Assembly: GCA_017631325.1 (NCBI GenBank)
Contig: JAGBTM010000045.1
Coordinates: forward strand, 71,348 to 135,347
Length of the DNA stretch: 64,000 bases
Origin: Clostridia bacterium
GTDB taxonomy: Bacteria > Bacillota > Clostridia > Oscillospirales > CAG-272
Reading direction: 5' to 3'
A model generated the notes under the pieces. That model saw only the letters and a list, made by a program, of their open reading frames with translations. It searched no databases and was not told where the DNA came from. Within the stretch, counting starts at the first letter, position 1. The number at the start of each line of letters is the position of its first letter. This document shows positions 26,499 through 36,146 of this stretch, one piece after another. The position numbers and the translations under genes were made by a program.

Positions 26499-28031
26499 TT
26501 ACAAGTTTCTGTTATTTTTTTGCGACTTGATAATTGCGCTTATTTCCCCAGCAACTGCTTTTGGCAGGTCAGAGGGTGTTACTCCAAGCTCCGAGAGCTC
26601 TTCCTTTAGCGTGTCAGCCGCTCTTCCGTGAAGATATGCGGCAAGCGCCACGGCAAATAGCGGTGTATCTGCACCTATAATCAGGGAGGCTATTATACCG
26701 CTGAGGACGTCACCGGAGCCGCCCTTTGATAGAGCAGAGCTACCGCTTGTATTTATAACGGTTTTCTCTCCGTCGGTGACGACCGTGCCTGCACCCTTTA
26801 ATAGAAGTATAACTCCGTATTCGCGGGCGAATGCCTCGGAAAATGAAATTCTGTGCGAGTTGATATATTCTACGCTCTTACCCGAAAGGCGCGACATCTC
26901 ACGGGGGTGGGGGGTGATTATTACTGTACGGCGCGCTGATTTGAATAGCTCTGCGCTCGAATACTCGGCTATCGAATTAAGTCCGTCGGCATCTATAATA
27001 ATCGGGGCACCTTCGCTTTCTACAAGCGACTTTATAATCAACCATACGTTACTGTTGACCGTTGAGCCGGGCCCGATAAGAATGGACGAAAAGCCGCGCG
27101 AATACTCTACTATATCCGACGGTGATTTAAGAAGTGACAAATCCGAATATATGACCTCGGGAAAGCGTGCGCAAAGCTCTCGGCCAAGCGCATACTCGCC
27201 AAGGTGTGTAACAAGCCCGACGCCCGAGCGAAGCGAGGCCTCGAGAGAGAGCATTGAGGCGCCAACGTATTTATCCGAGCCTGTTATATGCAGGGTGTGG
27301 CCGTAGGTTCCTTTGTTGGAATTTGCTTTCCTTTTCGGCAAATTTACCATCGCAAATTCCTTGTCTGCCGCAAAATATTTGTCGCTTTTTGGAATTTTCG
27401 GCATTTTATCGTCTATTCCGATGTCGTAAAGATAAGCCTTTCCCATATAGTCACGGGCGGGATATGAGATGTGAGCGCACTTGTATCTACAAAGCGCCGC
27501 AGTAGCCTCTGCCCTCAATACGCCCAGAGAAACTTCACCCGTATCGGCATTAACACCGAGTGGAATATCTACCGAAACCACCTGCTTCTCCAAAGAGGTA
27601 ATAGCGCTCGAAAGGGCGACGAGCTCCTCTGAAAGCTCGCCTGCATATCCTATACCGAATATGGCGTCAACTATTACGTCGGCCTTGTCGATGAGCGAAT
27701 AAGCACTCTCAAAGCCGCGCTCGACTACACCAAGCTTCTCACATTCAGAGAGATAATATTTACCCGCCTCGCTCCTCTGCCCCCGCGAAAAAAGGTCTAC
27801 CGTGCGCACGTTCACCTCGGGATAAAGCTCGAGCGCCGCAGCGTATCCGTCACCGCCGTTATTACCTCCACCTGCGAGTATAAGAACGAGGGTGGGGGAT
27901 TTATTCACCTTAAGCACGCAGTCCTTGACGGCCTGGCCTGCCCTGCGCATAAGCGTCTTTGTGGGTATGCCCAGCACATTTTCAAGGTATGCGTCTATTT
28001 CTCTTATAAGAGTTGAAGTAGCAATTTCCAT
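26499..28031 (-). CDS. nnr: Bifunctional NAD(P)H-hydrate repair enzyme (epimerase + ADP-dependent dehydratase)
   Basis: N-terminal YjeF_N 'LAGGGNNGGDGYAAA' and C-terminal carbohydrate-kinase-like 'KGGSGDVLSGII'. Confidence 0.9.
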   Translation of the reverse strand: MEIATSTLIREIDAYLENVLGIPTKTLMRRAGQAVKDCVLKVNKSPTLVLILAGGGNNGGDGYAAALELYPEVNVRTVDLFSRGQRSEAGKYYLSECEKLGVVERGFESAYSLIDKADVIVDAIFGIGYAGELSEELVALSSAITSLEKQVVSVDIPLGVNADTGEVSLGVLRAEATAALCRYKCAHISYPARDYMGKAYLYDIGIDDKMPKIPKSDKYFAADKEFAMVNLPKRKANSNKGTYGHTLHITGSDKYVGASMLSLEASLRSGVGLVTHLGEYALGRELCARFPEVIYSDLSLLKSPSDIVEYSRGFSSILIGPGSTVNSNVWLIIKSLVESEGAPIIIDADGLNSIAEYSSAELFKSARRTVIITPHPREMSRLSGKSVEYINSHRISFSEAFAREYGVILLLKGAGTVVTDGEKTVINTSGSSALSKGGSGDVLSGIIASLIIGADTPLFAVALAAYLHGRAADTLKEELSELGVTPSDLPKAVAGEISAIIKSQKNNRNL

Positions 28032-28114
28032 AATTTTAAATTTCCGTTTTTGTATGTTTTTTACATATAATAAAATTATTTTTTCAAAAGTTTATAAAAT
28101 CGTGTCAAAATCCA

Positions 28115-28143
28115 TTTACAAACAAACGTATTTTTGATATAAT
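28115..28143 (+). promoter_or_regulatory. SigmaA-type promoter TTTACA-17-TATAAT
   Basis: TTTACA at 28115-28120, a 17-nt spacer, TATAAT at 28138-28143, then RBS AAAGGAG and ATG 28192. Confidence 0.5.
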
Positions 28144-28191
28144 TGTACTAGAAATCATATCATTATATATTCTGAAAGGAGTTAAATTTAT

Positions 28192-28821
28192 ATGGCAAAA
28201 AAGCTTATTATTACTATTGCCCGTCAGTACGGAAGCGGCGGTCGTGAAATCGGCGAAAGGATTTCAAAGCTGCTCGGTATACCTCTTTATGACAAGGAGA
28301 TTATAACCGATGCGGCCTCTAAGAGCGATCTCGACCACGAGGTAGTAAGAAAAAGCGAGGAAGCGGCAGCTAACAGCCTGCTCTACACTCTGGCTTTGGG
28401 CTCGAACTTTGTGGGCGCTACTATGCATTTCGGCTATAAGATGCCATTAAATGACAAACTCTTTATTCTTCAGTCCGATATTATCAAGGGCTATGCCAAG
28501 GAGGGCAGCTGCGTTATAATCGGAAGATGCTCCGACTACGTTCTGCGCGACGAGGAGAATATACTAAGGCTGTTTATTTACAGCGACCTCGACCATAGAC
28601 AACAGAGAGTGGCAGAAAGACACCCTGAAATCAAGTCGTCTCAGATTATAGACGTGATAAACAAGACCGACAAGAGACGCTCGACCTACTACAACTTCTA
28701 CACAGGCAACAAGTGGGGCAAATACGACAACTACGATATGGCTATCAATTCCTCCACTCTCGGTATAGACGGCACGGCTGAGCTTATCGTGAGCTTCGCT
28801 AAAAAAATGATGGCCGATTAA
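28192..28821 (+). CDS. Cytidylate-kinase-like family protein (P-loop)
   Basis: 'IITIARQYGSGGREIGERISKLLGIPLYDKEI' is the typical N-terminus of this family; 209 aa. Confidence 0.75.
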   Translation: MAKKLIITIARQYGSGGREIGERISKLLGIPLYDKEIITDAASKSDLDHEVVRKSEEAAANSLLYTLALGSNFVGATMHFGYKMPLNDKLFILQSDIIKGYAKEGSCVIIGRCSDYVLRDEENILRLFIYSDLDHRQQRVAERHPEIKSSQIIDVINKTDKRRSTYYNFYTGNKWGKYDNYDMAINSSTLGIDGTAELIVSFAKKMMAD

Positions 28822-29049
28822 ATCAAATTTCGAAAAGACGGGGACGGCTACGGCTGTCCTCTGCTTTTTAAGCGGGGTTGTATCCTTGTATATACCCACG
28901 CGCCACCGACAATAATTATCACACAAATATATTTTACTACTAATATAATAAAATGTCAACTTGTACTTGATTTAATTTAACTTTTGTAGTAAAATGTAAA
29001 ATATAAGATATCTTTGACGGTACTAAAAAATGAAAAAACGGAGATAATT

Positions 29050-30471
29050 ATGTTAGACTTTACAGGATTTGAAAAAATTTCTGATTTTCTTTATTTTTTT
29101 GAGAACGTTTCGTCTATCCCGCGAGGCTCTGGTAATTGCGAGGGAATTGCAAAATACCTCGTTTCCTTTGCAAAGGAGCGCGGACTTTATTATATGCGCG
29201 ACAGCGCCAATAACGTTATAATCAAAAAGGCGGCAACCAAGGGATATGAGGATCACGCGCCGATTATTTTGCAAGCGCATACCGATATGGTAATCGCTGT
29301 CGAAGATGGGTTCGGCTCGGATATACACACCAACGGAGTAACGCTTGTGCGCGACGGAGATTTTCTGCACGCGGACGGTACCACGCTCGGAGGTGACGAC
29401 GGCATAGGAGTAGCGTATATTCTCGCAATTCTAAACTCAGATACAATATCACACCCTGCTATCGAAGCATTATTTACCGCAGACGAGGAGATAGGTCTTA
29501 TAGGCGCGGATATGCTTGATTTTTCCAAACTTCGCTCAAAGAGAATGATAAATCTAGACATAGATCACGAGGGACTGTTTGTCGTAGGCTGCGCCGGCGG
29601 ACGAAGAGCTGACGTTACTCTGCCGATTACTTGTGGAGAGAGTGTATCAAGCTGTTACTCGATTAATCTTTTCGGACTTGCGGGCGGTCACAGCGGAGGC
29701 GACATTGACAAGGGACGCGTGAACGCGTTAATCGCGCTTGCCGACTGTCTAAAAAAGATTGACAACGTGCGTTTGGTTTCATTTTCGGGAGGCGATGCGG
29801 GAAATGCTATACCTCGCTCGGCATCCGCGCGTTTTGTTACCGATATGGACGAGAGCGAGCTATGCGAGATAATCACCTCGCATTTCAAAACGTACGAAGA
29901 AGCCGAGAAAGAGCTTGACTTCCGCTTCTCTGAAATTACGGGTGAGATGTATGCCTTTTGTACCGAAGAGAGCAAAAACGCTCTCGACCTGATAATAAAT
30001 CTGCCGTGCGGTGTGGTTGAGCACGAGGAGGCGTTCCCTACGCGCGTCAAAACCTCGCTGAGCCTTGGAATTGCTGCTCTCGAAAACGGAGCGCTCACGC
30101 TTACCTACGAGCTTCGCTCATCGAGCGACCTCTCGAAAGAGGCTCTTGCCAGAGCACTTGAGAATATGGCAACCTCTCGCGGTGCGTCGATTGAATTTTC
30201 AAAGGATTATCCCGGTTGGGAGTATACGGGTGAGAGCGAGCTTATCTCTACAATGCGTAAGACCTACGTCGATATGTACGGAGATGAGCCGAATGTGATT
30301 ACCATACACGCAGGACTTGAGTGCGGAATATTCAGCGATGAGATAGAAGGACTTGAGTGCGTAGCTATGGGACCGGACAACTACAATATTCATACGACGG
30401 CGGAATGCGCCTTTCTTCCCTCTGTTGAGAGAGTTTTCGACTATCTCAAAAAGGTACTTGAGAGCCTTTGA
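29050..30471 (+). CDS. pepD: Aminoacyl-histidine dipeptidase (PepD, M20C)
   Basis: 'ISSIPRGSGNCEGIAKYL', 'ILQAHTDMV' and 'TADEEIGLIGA'. The start is moved to ATG 29050 (GGAG 7 nt upstream); the listed start is a TTG. Confidence 0.88.
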   Translation: MLDFTGFEKISDFLYFFENVSSIPRGSGNCEGIAKYLVSFAKERGLYYMRDSANNVIIKKAATKGYEDHAPIILQAHTDMVIAVEDGFGSDIHTNGVTLVRDGDFLHADGTTLGGDDGIGVAYILAILNSDTISHPAIEALFTADEEIGLIGADMLDFSKLRSKRMINLDIDHEGLFVVGCAGGRRADVTLPITCGESVSSCYSINLFGLAGGHSGGDIDKGRVNALIALADCLKKIDNVRLVSFSGGDAGNAIPRSASARFVTDMDESELCEIITSHFKTYEEAEKELDFRFSEITGEMYAFCTEESKNALDLIINLPCGVVEHEEAFPTRVKTSLSLGIAALENGALTLTYELRSSSDLSKEALARALENMATSRGASIEFSKDYPGWEYTGESELISTMRKTYVDMYGDEPNVITIHAGLECGIFSDEIEGLECVAMGPDNYNIHTTAECAFLPSVERVFDYLKKVLESL

Positions 30472-30518
30472 TTTTTCGGCTTAAGGGTGAAAAATATATA
30501 ATAAGCTAAGGAGCTAAC

Positions 30519-31745
30519 ATGAATAAAAAAAGACTGCAAAAGTACGCAAATCTCATAGCGAGGTGCGGTGTAAACGTCAATAAGGGTCAAGAGGTGCTGA
30601 TAACAGCTGCACTCGACCAGCCCGAGTTTGTAAAAATGGTCGCAGACGAGTGCTACAAGGCAGGAGCGAAGAAGGTGTCGGTTGATTTTACTTATCAGCC
30701 CCTTATGCGCTCGCACGTCAGATACTGCAAGGATAGCGTTCTTGGAACGCTCGACGGCTGGCAGCTCGAAAAATGGGAGCATCAGGCGCGTGAGCTTCCC
30801 TGCAAGATTTACCTTATGAGTGAGGACCCAGACGGGCTGAAGGGCATTAATCAGAAGAAATACGCGACGGCTATGGCCTCTCGCTCCAAACAGATAAAGC
30901 CGATACGCGACAGAATGGAAAATAAATATCAGTGGTGTATTGCGGCAGTTCCCGGCAAGGAATGGGCAAGGAAGGTGTTCCCGGGTGAGCGCACAAGCAC
31001 TGCGGTTGAGAAGCTTTGGGAGGCGATACTTTCGACCTCCAGAGTTGACGAGGACCCTATTGAAGCGTGGCGCTTACACAACGAATATCTTGCCAAAAAA
31101 TGCGAGCTTCTTAACTCGCTCGGCTTAAAGGAGCTTAAATACAAGTCCTCAAACGGCACCGATTTCCGAGTTGGACTTCTTCCAAACGCACTCTTTCTCG
31201 CAGGTGGCGAGAGAACGCTCGGCAAGGGCATTTATTTCAACCCGAATATTCCCTCGGAGGAGGTGTTCATTTCCCCGAGACGCGGTGATGCCGACGGTAT
31301 AGTTTATTCCTCAAAGCCTCTCTCCTACGGCGGACAGCTTATCGACAATTTCTTCGTAAGATTTGAGGGTGGTCGTGCCGTAGAGGTAGGAGCCGAGCAT
31401 AACGAGGAGCTGCTCCGTGAGATTATCTCTATGGACGAGGGCGCGGCGTACCTCGGTGAGTGCGCGCTAGTTCCCTACTCTTCTCCGATAAGACAGTCGG
31501 GGCTCTTGTTCTACAACACGCTCTTCGACGAGAATGCAGCCTGCCACCTTGCGCTTGGCAGAGGCTTTACAAACACCCTCGTTGACTACGACAAGTACAC
31601 CGAAAAGGAAGCGCACGAGATGGGCATCAACGACTCGATTATCCACGAGGACTTTATGATAGGCACTGCGGATATGTCGATTATCGGTGTATGTAATGAC
31701 GGCCGCGAGGTTGAGATATTCAAGGACGGTGAATGGGCAATTTAA
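30519..31745 (+). CDS. M29-family aminopeptidase (AmpS/PepS-like)
   Basis: 'KYANLIARCGVNVNKGQEVLI' N-terminus and the 'NIPSEEVF' and 'HLALG' metal-site regions typical of M29. Confidence 0.87.
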   Translation: MNKKRLQKYANLIARCGVNVNKGQEVLITAALDQPEFVKMVADECYKAGAKKVSVDFTYQPLMRSHVRYCKDSVLGTLDGWQLEKWEHQARELPCKIYLMSEDPDGLKGINQKKYATAMASRSKQIKPIRDRMENKYQWCIAAVPGKEWARKVFPGERTSTAVEKLWEAILSTSRVDEDPIEAWRLHNEYLAKKCELLNSLGLKELKYKSSNGTDFRVGLLPNALFLAGGERTLGKGIYFNPNIPSEEVFISPRRGDADGIVYSSKPLSYGGQLIDNFFVRFEGGRAVEVGAEHNEELLREIISMDEGAAYLGECALVPYSSPIRQSGLLFYNTLFDENAACHLALGRGFTNTLVDYDKYTEKEAHEMGINDSIIHEDFMIGTADMSIIGVCNDGREVEIFKDGEWAI

Positions 31746-31769
31746 CGCTTTGCTCTAACAAGCAAGGCG

Positions 31770-31910
31770 CAGCGAAATCCATCGGGCGCGGAATAAATAT
31801 TCCAAAAGAAGATTAAATCGCTACGCTACGAAATCCACGCAAAGCGTAGATTATGAAAAAATGCCAAAAATCCGCGACAGACGTGTTTTATTGGCGAACA
31901 AAATCCATGA
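31770..31910. repeat. Four dispersed (A)AAATCC(A/G)+GC-rich-word repeats between the M29 stop and its terminator
   Basis: Copies sit at 31774, 31830, 31867 and 31900, for example CGAAATCCATCGGGCGCGG / CGAAATCCACGCAAAGCGTAG. Confidence 0.55.
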
Positions 31911-31928
31911 CACTTTGGGTTAGATAGA

Positions 31929-31966
31929 AAAAGGCAAATCGGTTTTAGCCGATTTGCCTTTTGTTT
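31929..31966. terminator. Bidirectional intrinsic terminator (M29 gene / GH4 gene)
   Basis: AAAAGGCAAATCGG-ttttag-CCGATTTGCCTTTT followed by GTTTTTG. Confidence 0.8.
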
Positions 31967-31984
31967 TTGTTTGAGATTTGTAGC

Positions 31985-32062
31985 GTAAAATTTGCGAGTT
32001 GCACGGTAATTTTGCAGTTTGTTCTGTAATATTAAAAGTTTGACTATAATTTTGCAGTTTAT
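31985..32062. repeat. TAA(A)ATTTGC(R)AGTT x3 direct repeats 3' of the GH4 gene
   Basis: TAAAATTTGCGAGTT at 31986, and TAATTTTGCAGTTT at 32006-32019 and 32047-32060. Confidence 0.6.
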
Positions 32063-32089
32063 GTCAAAGCTCTGGTTTTACGCTGCAAA

Positions 32090-33424
32090 TCAGTTAAATT
32101 CGGGAATCCAGCCACGGTGGGCTTCGATAAGGTCGTCGCACATCGAGATGATGTCGTCGATAGACAGCTCTGCTGCGGTGTGGGGGTCAAGGAGCGCTGC
32201 CTGATAGAGGGCGTCGCGCTTCTTGGTAACTGCCGCTTCAATGGTGAGAAGCTGAGTATTGACGTTTGTGACGTTCATAGCTGCGAGCTGGGTTGGGAGC
32301 GCGCCTACGTAGGTGGGCTGAACGCCGAGCTTATTTACAAGGCAAGGCACCTCGACGCAGGCCTCGGGGGGCAGGTTTGTGATAATGCCACGGTTTATGA
32401 CGTTGCCGCCTATCTGGTAGGGCTTATCGGTAACGACGGCTTCCATTATGCGAGAGGCGTATTCCTTTGAGCGCTCGTGCGAAATGTCGCCTGCGAGGTA
32501 CTGCTCCTTTTTGGATTTCCACTCGTTTATCTGCTTGATACAACGCCTCGGGTACTCGTCAAGCGGTATGCGGTAGCGTTCGATAAGCTCAGGGTACTTC
32601 GACTTTATAAAGAAGGGGTTATACTCTGCGTTATGCTCGCTCGACTCGGTACAGTAGTAGCCGAAGCGACGGATATACTCAAATCTGACGAGGTCAACGA
32701 AGCCCTCGGGGGGATTGTCAAGGATTTGTGCCGCGCGGCGCTTGATTTCAGGATAAAGATCAGTGCCGTTTGCGTCCTCAATTTCAAGAAGCCAAGCCAT
32801 ATGGTTAATACCCGCTATTTTCTCACGGACAGGACCGCGCGCCATAACCTCGTCGTACATACCTACGCCCTCAAGAATAGCCTTCGAGCAGACCTGGACA
32901 CTATGGCAAAGGCCTACTGTGTTTACGTCAGTGTAGCGCTGCATATAGCCTGTGAGAGCTGCCATGGGGTTGGTATAGTTCATAAAGAGCGCGCGAGGAC
33001 AAACCTTAGCCATATCCTCGGCTATACCGTCAAGGACGGGGATAGTTCTGAGCGAACGGAAAAGACCACCGATTCCGAGAGTGTCGGCTATGGTCTGACG
33101 AAGACCGTATTTCTTCGGTATTTCAAAATCGATAACGGTAGAGGGCTCGTAGCCACCGACCTGTATTGCGTTTACAACGAAGTCAGCTCCTCTGAGAGCG
33201 TCCTTGCGATTCTCTATACCGAGATACTTGGTAATCCTTGCTCTGCCACCGTTTATATTGCGATTGAGAGCGTTTACCATTATATAGGACTCCTCAAGTC
33301 TGTCTCCATCAATGTCGTAGAGCGCGAACTCAAAATCCGAGAGCGCCTCGGTAAGCATAGAGTCGCCTATTACGTTTTTGGCAAAAATGGTGCTTCCCGC
33401 ACCGAGAAACGTTATCTTTCCCAT
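32090..33424 (-). CDS. melA: GH4 family alpha-galactosidase/alpha-glucosidase (NAD+/Mn2+ dependent)
   Basis: 'KITFLGAGSTIFAKNVIGD' NAD fold and the 'VGLCHSVQ' GH4 Cys-His signature. The N-terminus is close to B. subtilis MelA as I recall it. Confidence 0.85.
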   Translation of the reverse strand: MGKITFLGAGSTIFAKNVIGDSMLTEALSDFEFALYDIDGDRLEESYIMVNALNRNINGGRARITKYLGIENRKDALRGADFVVNAIQVGGYEPSTVIDFEIPKKYGLRQTIADTLGIGGLFRSLRTIPVLDGIAEDMAKVCPRALFMNYTNPMAALTGYMQRYTDVNTVGLCHSVQVCSKAILEGVGMYDEVMARGPVREKIAGINHMAWLLEIEDANGTDLYPEIKRRAAQILDNPPEGFVDLVRFEYIRRFGYYCTESSEHNAEYNPFFIKSKYPELIERYRIPLDEYPRRCIKQINEWKSKKEQYLAGDISHERSKEYASRIMEAVVTDKPYQIGGNVINRGIITNLPPEACVEVPCLVNKLGVQPTYVGALPTQLAAMNVTNVNTQLLTIEAAVTKKRDALYQAALLDPHTAAELSIDDIISMCDDLIEAHRGWIPEFN

Positions 33425-34269
33425 AGTACTCCTCCGTCGATATCGGGTTTGTTTTTTATTCTTATTTCACTCGGGGATTTGCCCGTGTGCTTCTTTAGAA
33501 ATCTATAAAAATAGGTTTCAGATGTGAATCCGAGGCTCTGCGATACCTCAATCACCGTTTTTTTGCCGTCGCGAAGCAGTCTTTTCGCCTCACCTACACG
33601 GCAGGCTGTGAGAAATTCGTGCGAGCTGATACCGATAGCGCTTTTGAAATCTCGCTCGAGCTTTGAGGCGCTTACTGAAAACCTTTTGGCGATACTCTCT
33701 GCGCTTATAGGCTCACAAAGATGCTCTACTATGAAGCGAAGCGCCTCGCTTATATAGAAATCCGCCGCTCCGACGCTTATGATTTTATCGCTCGGTGTCA
33801 GTGCGTAAAGCCGTCTTAGAAAAAATGACAAAAAGAGCGAAAGCTCGCTGTCCGAAAGAGGTGTATCATAGCTCGTCGACGTATCAATAAGCGATTTAAG
33901 ATACGCAGCGCACTGCTCGTCTAAGACGAAAAGCTCACCCATGCTCTCGCCCGAAACAAATCGTGAAAGCTCGGGCGCCTCTTTTTGAATACCGTCGTTA
34001 AAATAGAAAACGTATCTCTCGTAATCGGTTGGGCACTCGAGGTGCGAGGACATTGAATGTATGGTATACGGCTTTGAAATAATTACCGCGGGGTGAGAAA
34101 ACTCGTAGCTCGTGCCACATATAACGCACCTTTGGACTATTGACTCAGGGCAAAAATACAGCTCGTAGCCGTTGTGTATATGGGGAGTGCGCATAACAGA
34201 TACTCCACTATACCTAATAAGCTCTATATTATTTGGAGCAGCTGAAACCTGTGCTGCAAAGCTATTCAT
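33412..34269 (-). CDS. AraC-family transcriptional regulator
   Basis: C-terminal HTH 'SASKLERDFKSAIGISSHEFLTACRVGEAKRLL' and 'LGFTSETYFYRFLKKHTG'. Its last 13 nt overlap the GH4 start and RBS. Confidence 0.82.
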   Translation of the reverse strand: MNSFAAQVSAAPNNIELIRYSGVSVMRTPHIHNGYELYFCPESIVQRCVICGTSYEFSHPAVIISKPYTIHSMSSHLECPTDYERYVFYFNDGIQKEAPELSRFVSGESMGELFVLDEQCAAYLKSLIDTSTSYDTPLSDSELSLFLSFFLRRLYALTPSDKIISVGAADFYISEALRFIVEHLCEPISAESIAKRFSVSASKLERDFKSAIGISSHEFLTACRVGEAKRLLRDGKKTVIEVSQSLGFTSETYFYRFLKKHTGKSPSEIRIKNKPDIDGGVLWER

Positions 34270-34376
34270 ACTTTCGCCTCCTTACTAATATTTTATCAAC
34301 CTTTTTAACTAAAATCAATATCCAAAGACGTCAAAACGGCTAAAAAATATATCTTTTTCAGTCAAAACAGAAAACG

Positions 34377-35948
34377 TTATTTTAACAGAGAAAGGGCGCA
34401 CATAAGTCCGTCTCGCGCCGAGGAAATTATACCCCCCGAATACCCTGCTCCCTCACCTACGGGGTAAAGACCGTCTATTCCGTTTGCCGAGAAGGTGTCG
34501 CCTCGCTCTACCCTTACGGGCGAGGTACTACGCGTTTCGGGGGCTGTTAAGAGGGCGTCGGGGAAAATATATCCTGGCAACCAAGCGTCAAAATCGGAAA
34601 GGCCCTCGCGAAGCGAGTCGGTAATAAAGGACGGGAGCACGTAATCCATCGACATAGCTACACAGCCACGGGGATAGGTGGCCCCCACCGAGCCGAATGA
34701 GGTTACAGGCGAATTTGACAAAAAGTCCGAAAGGCGCTCGGCAGGTGCCATATAGGCGGAACCCGCACGCACAAACGCCTCGCGCTCTATCCTCTCCTGC
34801 AAGGCTATACCGAGCATCGCGTCATCTCCGAAATCGCTTGGCGATACCGAAACTAGCAGCGCGGCGTTTGAATTTTCACCGTTCCTTGCATGAAGGCTCA
34901 TACCGTTTGTTACGACTCCTCCATCCTCGCTTGAGGCCGCTACGACCTCACCTCCGGGACACATACAGAAGCTATATACGCTTCTGCCCGAGGATAGATG
35001 CGTTACTAGGTGATACGAGGCGGCGCCTAGTCGCTCGGGAGCCGGTGCGCCGTAAACGAGATTATCTATATACTCTCGGGGGTGCTCAATTCTGACACCA
35101 ATACCAAACTGCTTTGGTGTGAGGGTAGCTCCTTTGTCTCTCAAAAGTCTGTACACGTCGCGCGCGCTGTGGCCTGTGGCGAGGATAAGCTTTTCTGCCG
35201 AAAAATCGACAAAATCCCCGTTTTTCTCTACACGCCCCCCTATTATTTTGCCATTTTTAATAAAGAGGTCAACGAGCCTTGCACCGAATACGACCTCACC
35301 GCCAAGCGAAATTATGCGCTCTCTTATGCGCTTTACTATAAGCGAAAGCTTGTCGGTGCCGACGTGGGCAGAGGTTGAATATATTATCTCCGGCGGTGCG
35401 CCGTTCTCTATCAGGCGCTCGAGTATCCATCGCTTATAGCCGTCGAGCGAGCCGTATTTAAGCTTACCGTCGGAATAGGTTCCTGCCCCTCCCTCACCGA
35501 ACTGAACGTTGCACTCGGTGTCAAGTATGCCAAGTGTATTAAAGAGTTTTACTCGCTTTACTCGCTCGTCAACTTCAAGTCCACGTTCGTAGACTATCGG
35601 GCGCGCGCCAGCTTCTGCAAGGGCAAGCGCGGCAAAAAGACCTGCCGGGCCGAAGCCTACTATGACGGGGCGGGATTTGAGGGTCGATTTTGGAATGGAG
35701 ATATGCTCTTCATCAAATGGCTTTACGTGATTTTTTAAATTTAAGAGACGCTTCTCTACTTCCTCGTGTGCCGAAATTGCCACCGACACGTCATAGTGGA
35801 TATCCTGCTTCGACTTCACGTTCAAAGCTCTGCGAACTATGATTAAGTCCTTTATTTGTTCGCGCTTTATCGGTATTCTGTCAAGAACGGCTGATATTAT
35901 ATCCGAATCGTTATATTCAATTTTCAGCTTTATCTCGGTTTTTATCAT
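34377..35948 (-). CDS. FAD-dependent protein (COG2509-like NAD(FAD)-utilising dehydrogenase)
   Basis: 'VIVGFGPAGLFAALALAEAG' dinucleotide fold and C-terminal 'GLYPVGEGAGYSGGIISSARDG'. Confidence 0.8.
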   Translation of the reverse strand: MIKTEIKLKIEYNDSDIISAVLDRIPIKREQIKDLIIVRRALNVKSKQDIHYDVSVAISAHEEVEKRLLNLKNHVKPFDEEHISIPKSTLKSRPVIVGFGPAGLFAALALAEAGARPIVYERGLEVDERVKRVKLFNTLGILDTECNVQFGEGGAGTYSDGKLKYGSLDGYKRWILERLIENGAPPEIIYSTSAHVGTDKLSLIVKRIRERIISLGGEVVFGARLVDLFIKNGKIIGGRVEKNGDFVDFSAEKLILATGHSARDVYRLLRDKGATLTPKQFGIGVRIEHPREYIDNLVYGAPAPERLGAASYHLVTHLSSGRSVYSFCMCPGGEVVAASSEDGGVVTNGMSLHARNGENSNAALLVSVSPSDFGDDAMLGIALQERIEREAFVRAGSAYMAPAERLSDFLSNSPVTSFGSVGATYPRGCVAMSMDYVLPSFITDSLREGLSDFDAWLPGYIFPDALLTAPETRSTSPVRVERGDTFSANGIDGLYPVGEGAGYSGGIISSARDGLMCALSLLK

Positions 35949-36061
35949 TTCTCTCTTCCTTTTATTAAAGGCTTTATATTTTACTCTTTTATTTTATCAC
36001 ATATACACTTCTTTTGCAATAGCGCCCTTTACTTTAACGGTAAATTAATTTAGGCTAGGCA

Positions 36062-36096
36062 ACAAAAAGAGCGTGAGTGCTGTGGCACTCACGCTC
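36062..36096 (-). terminator. Intrinsic terminator of the seven-gene operon
   Basis: GAGCGTGAGTGC-tgtg-GCACTCACGCTC forms a 12-bp GC-rich stem, followed on the minus strand by TTTTTG. A second small hairpin lies at 36099-36115. Confidence 0.8.
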
Positions 36097-36146
36097 TCGC
36101 TCTGACGAGTCAGAGAAATAAGGTTTTTAAAATACTCGTGCTTTGA

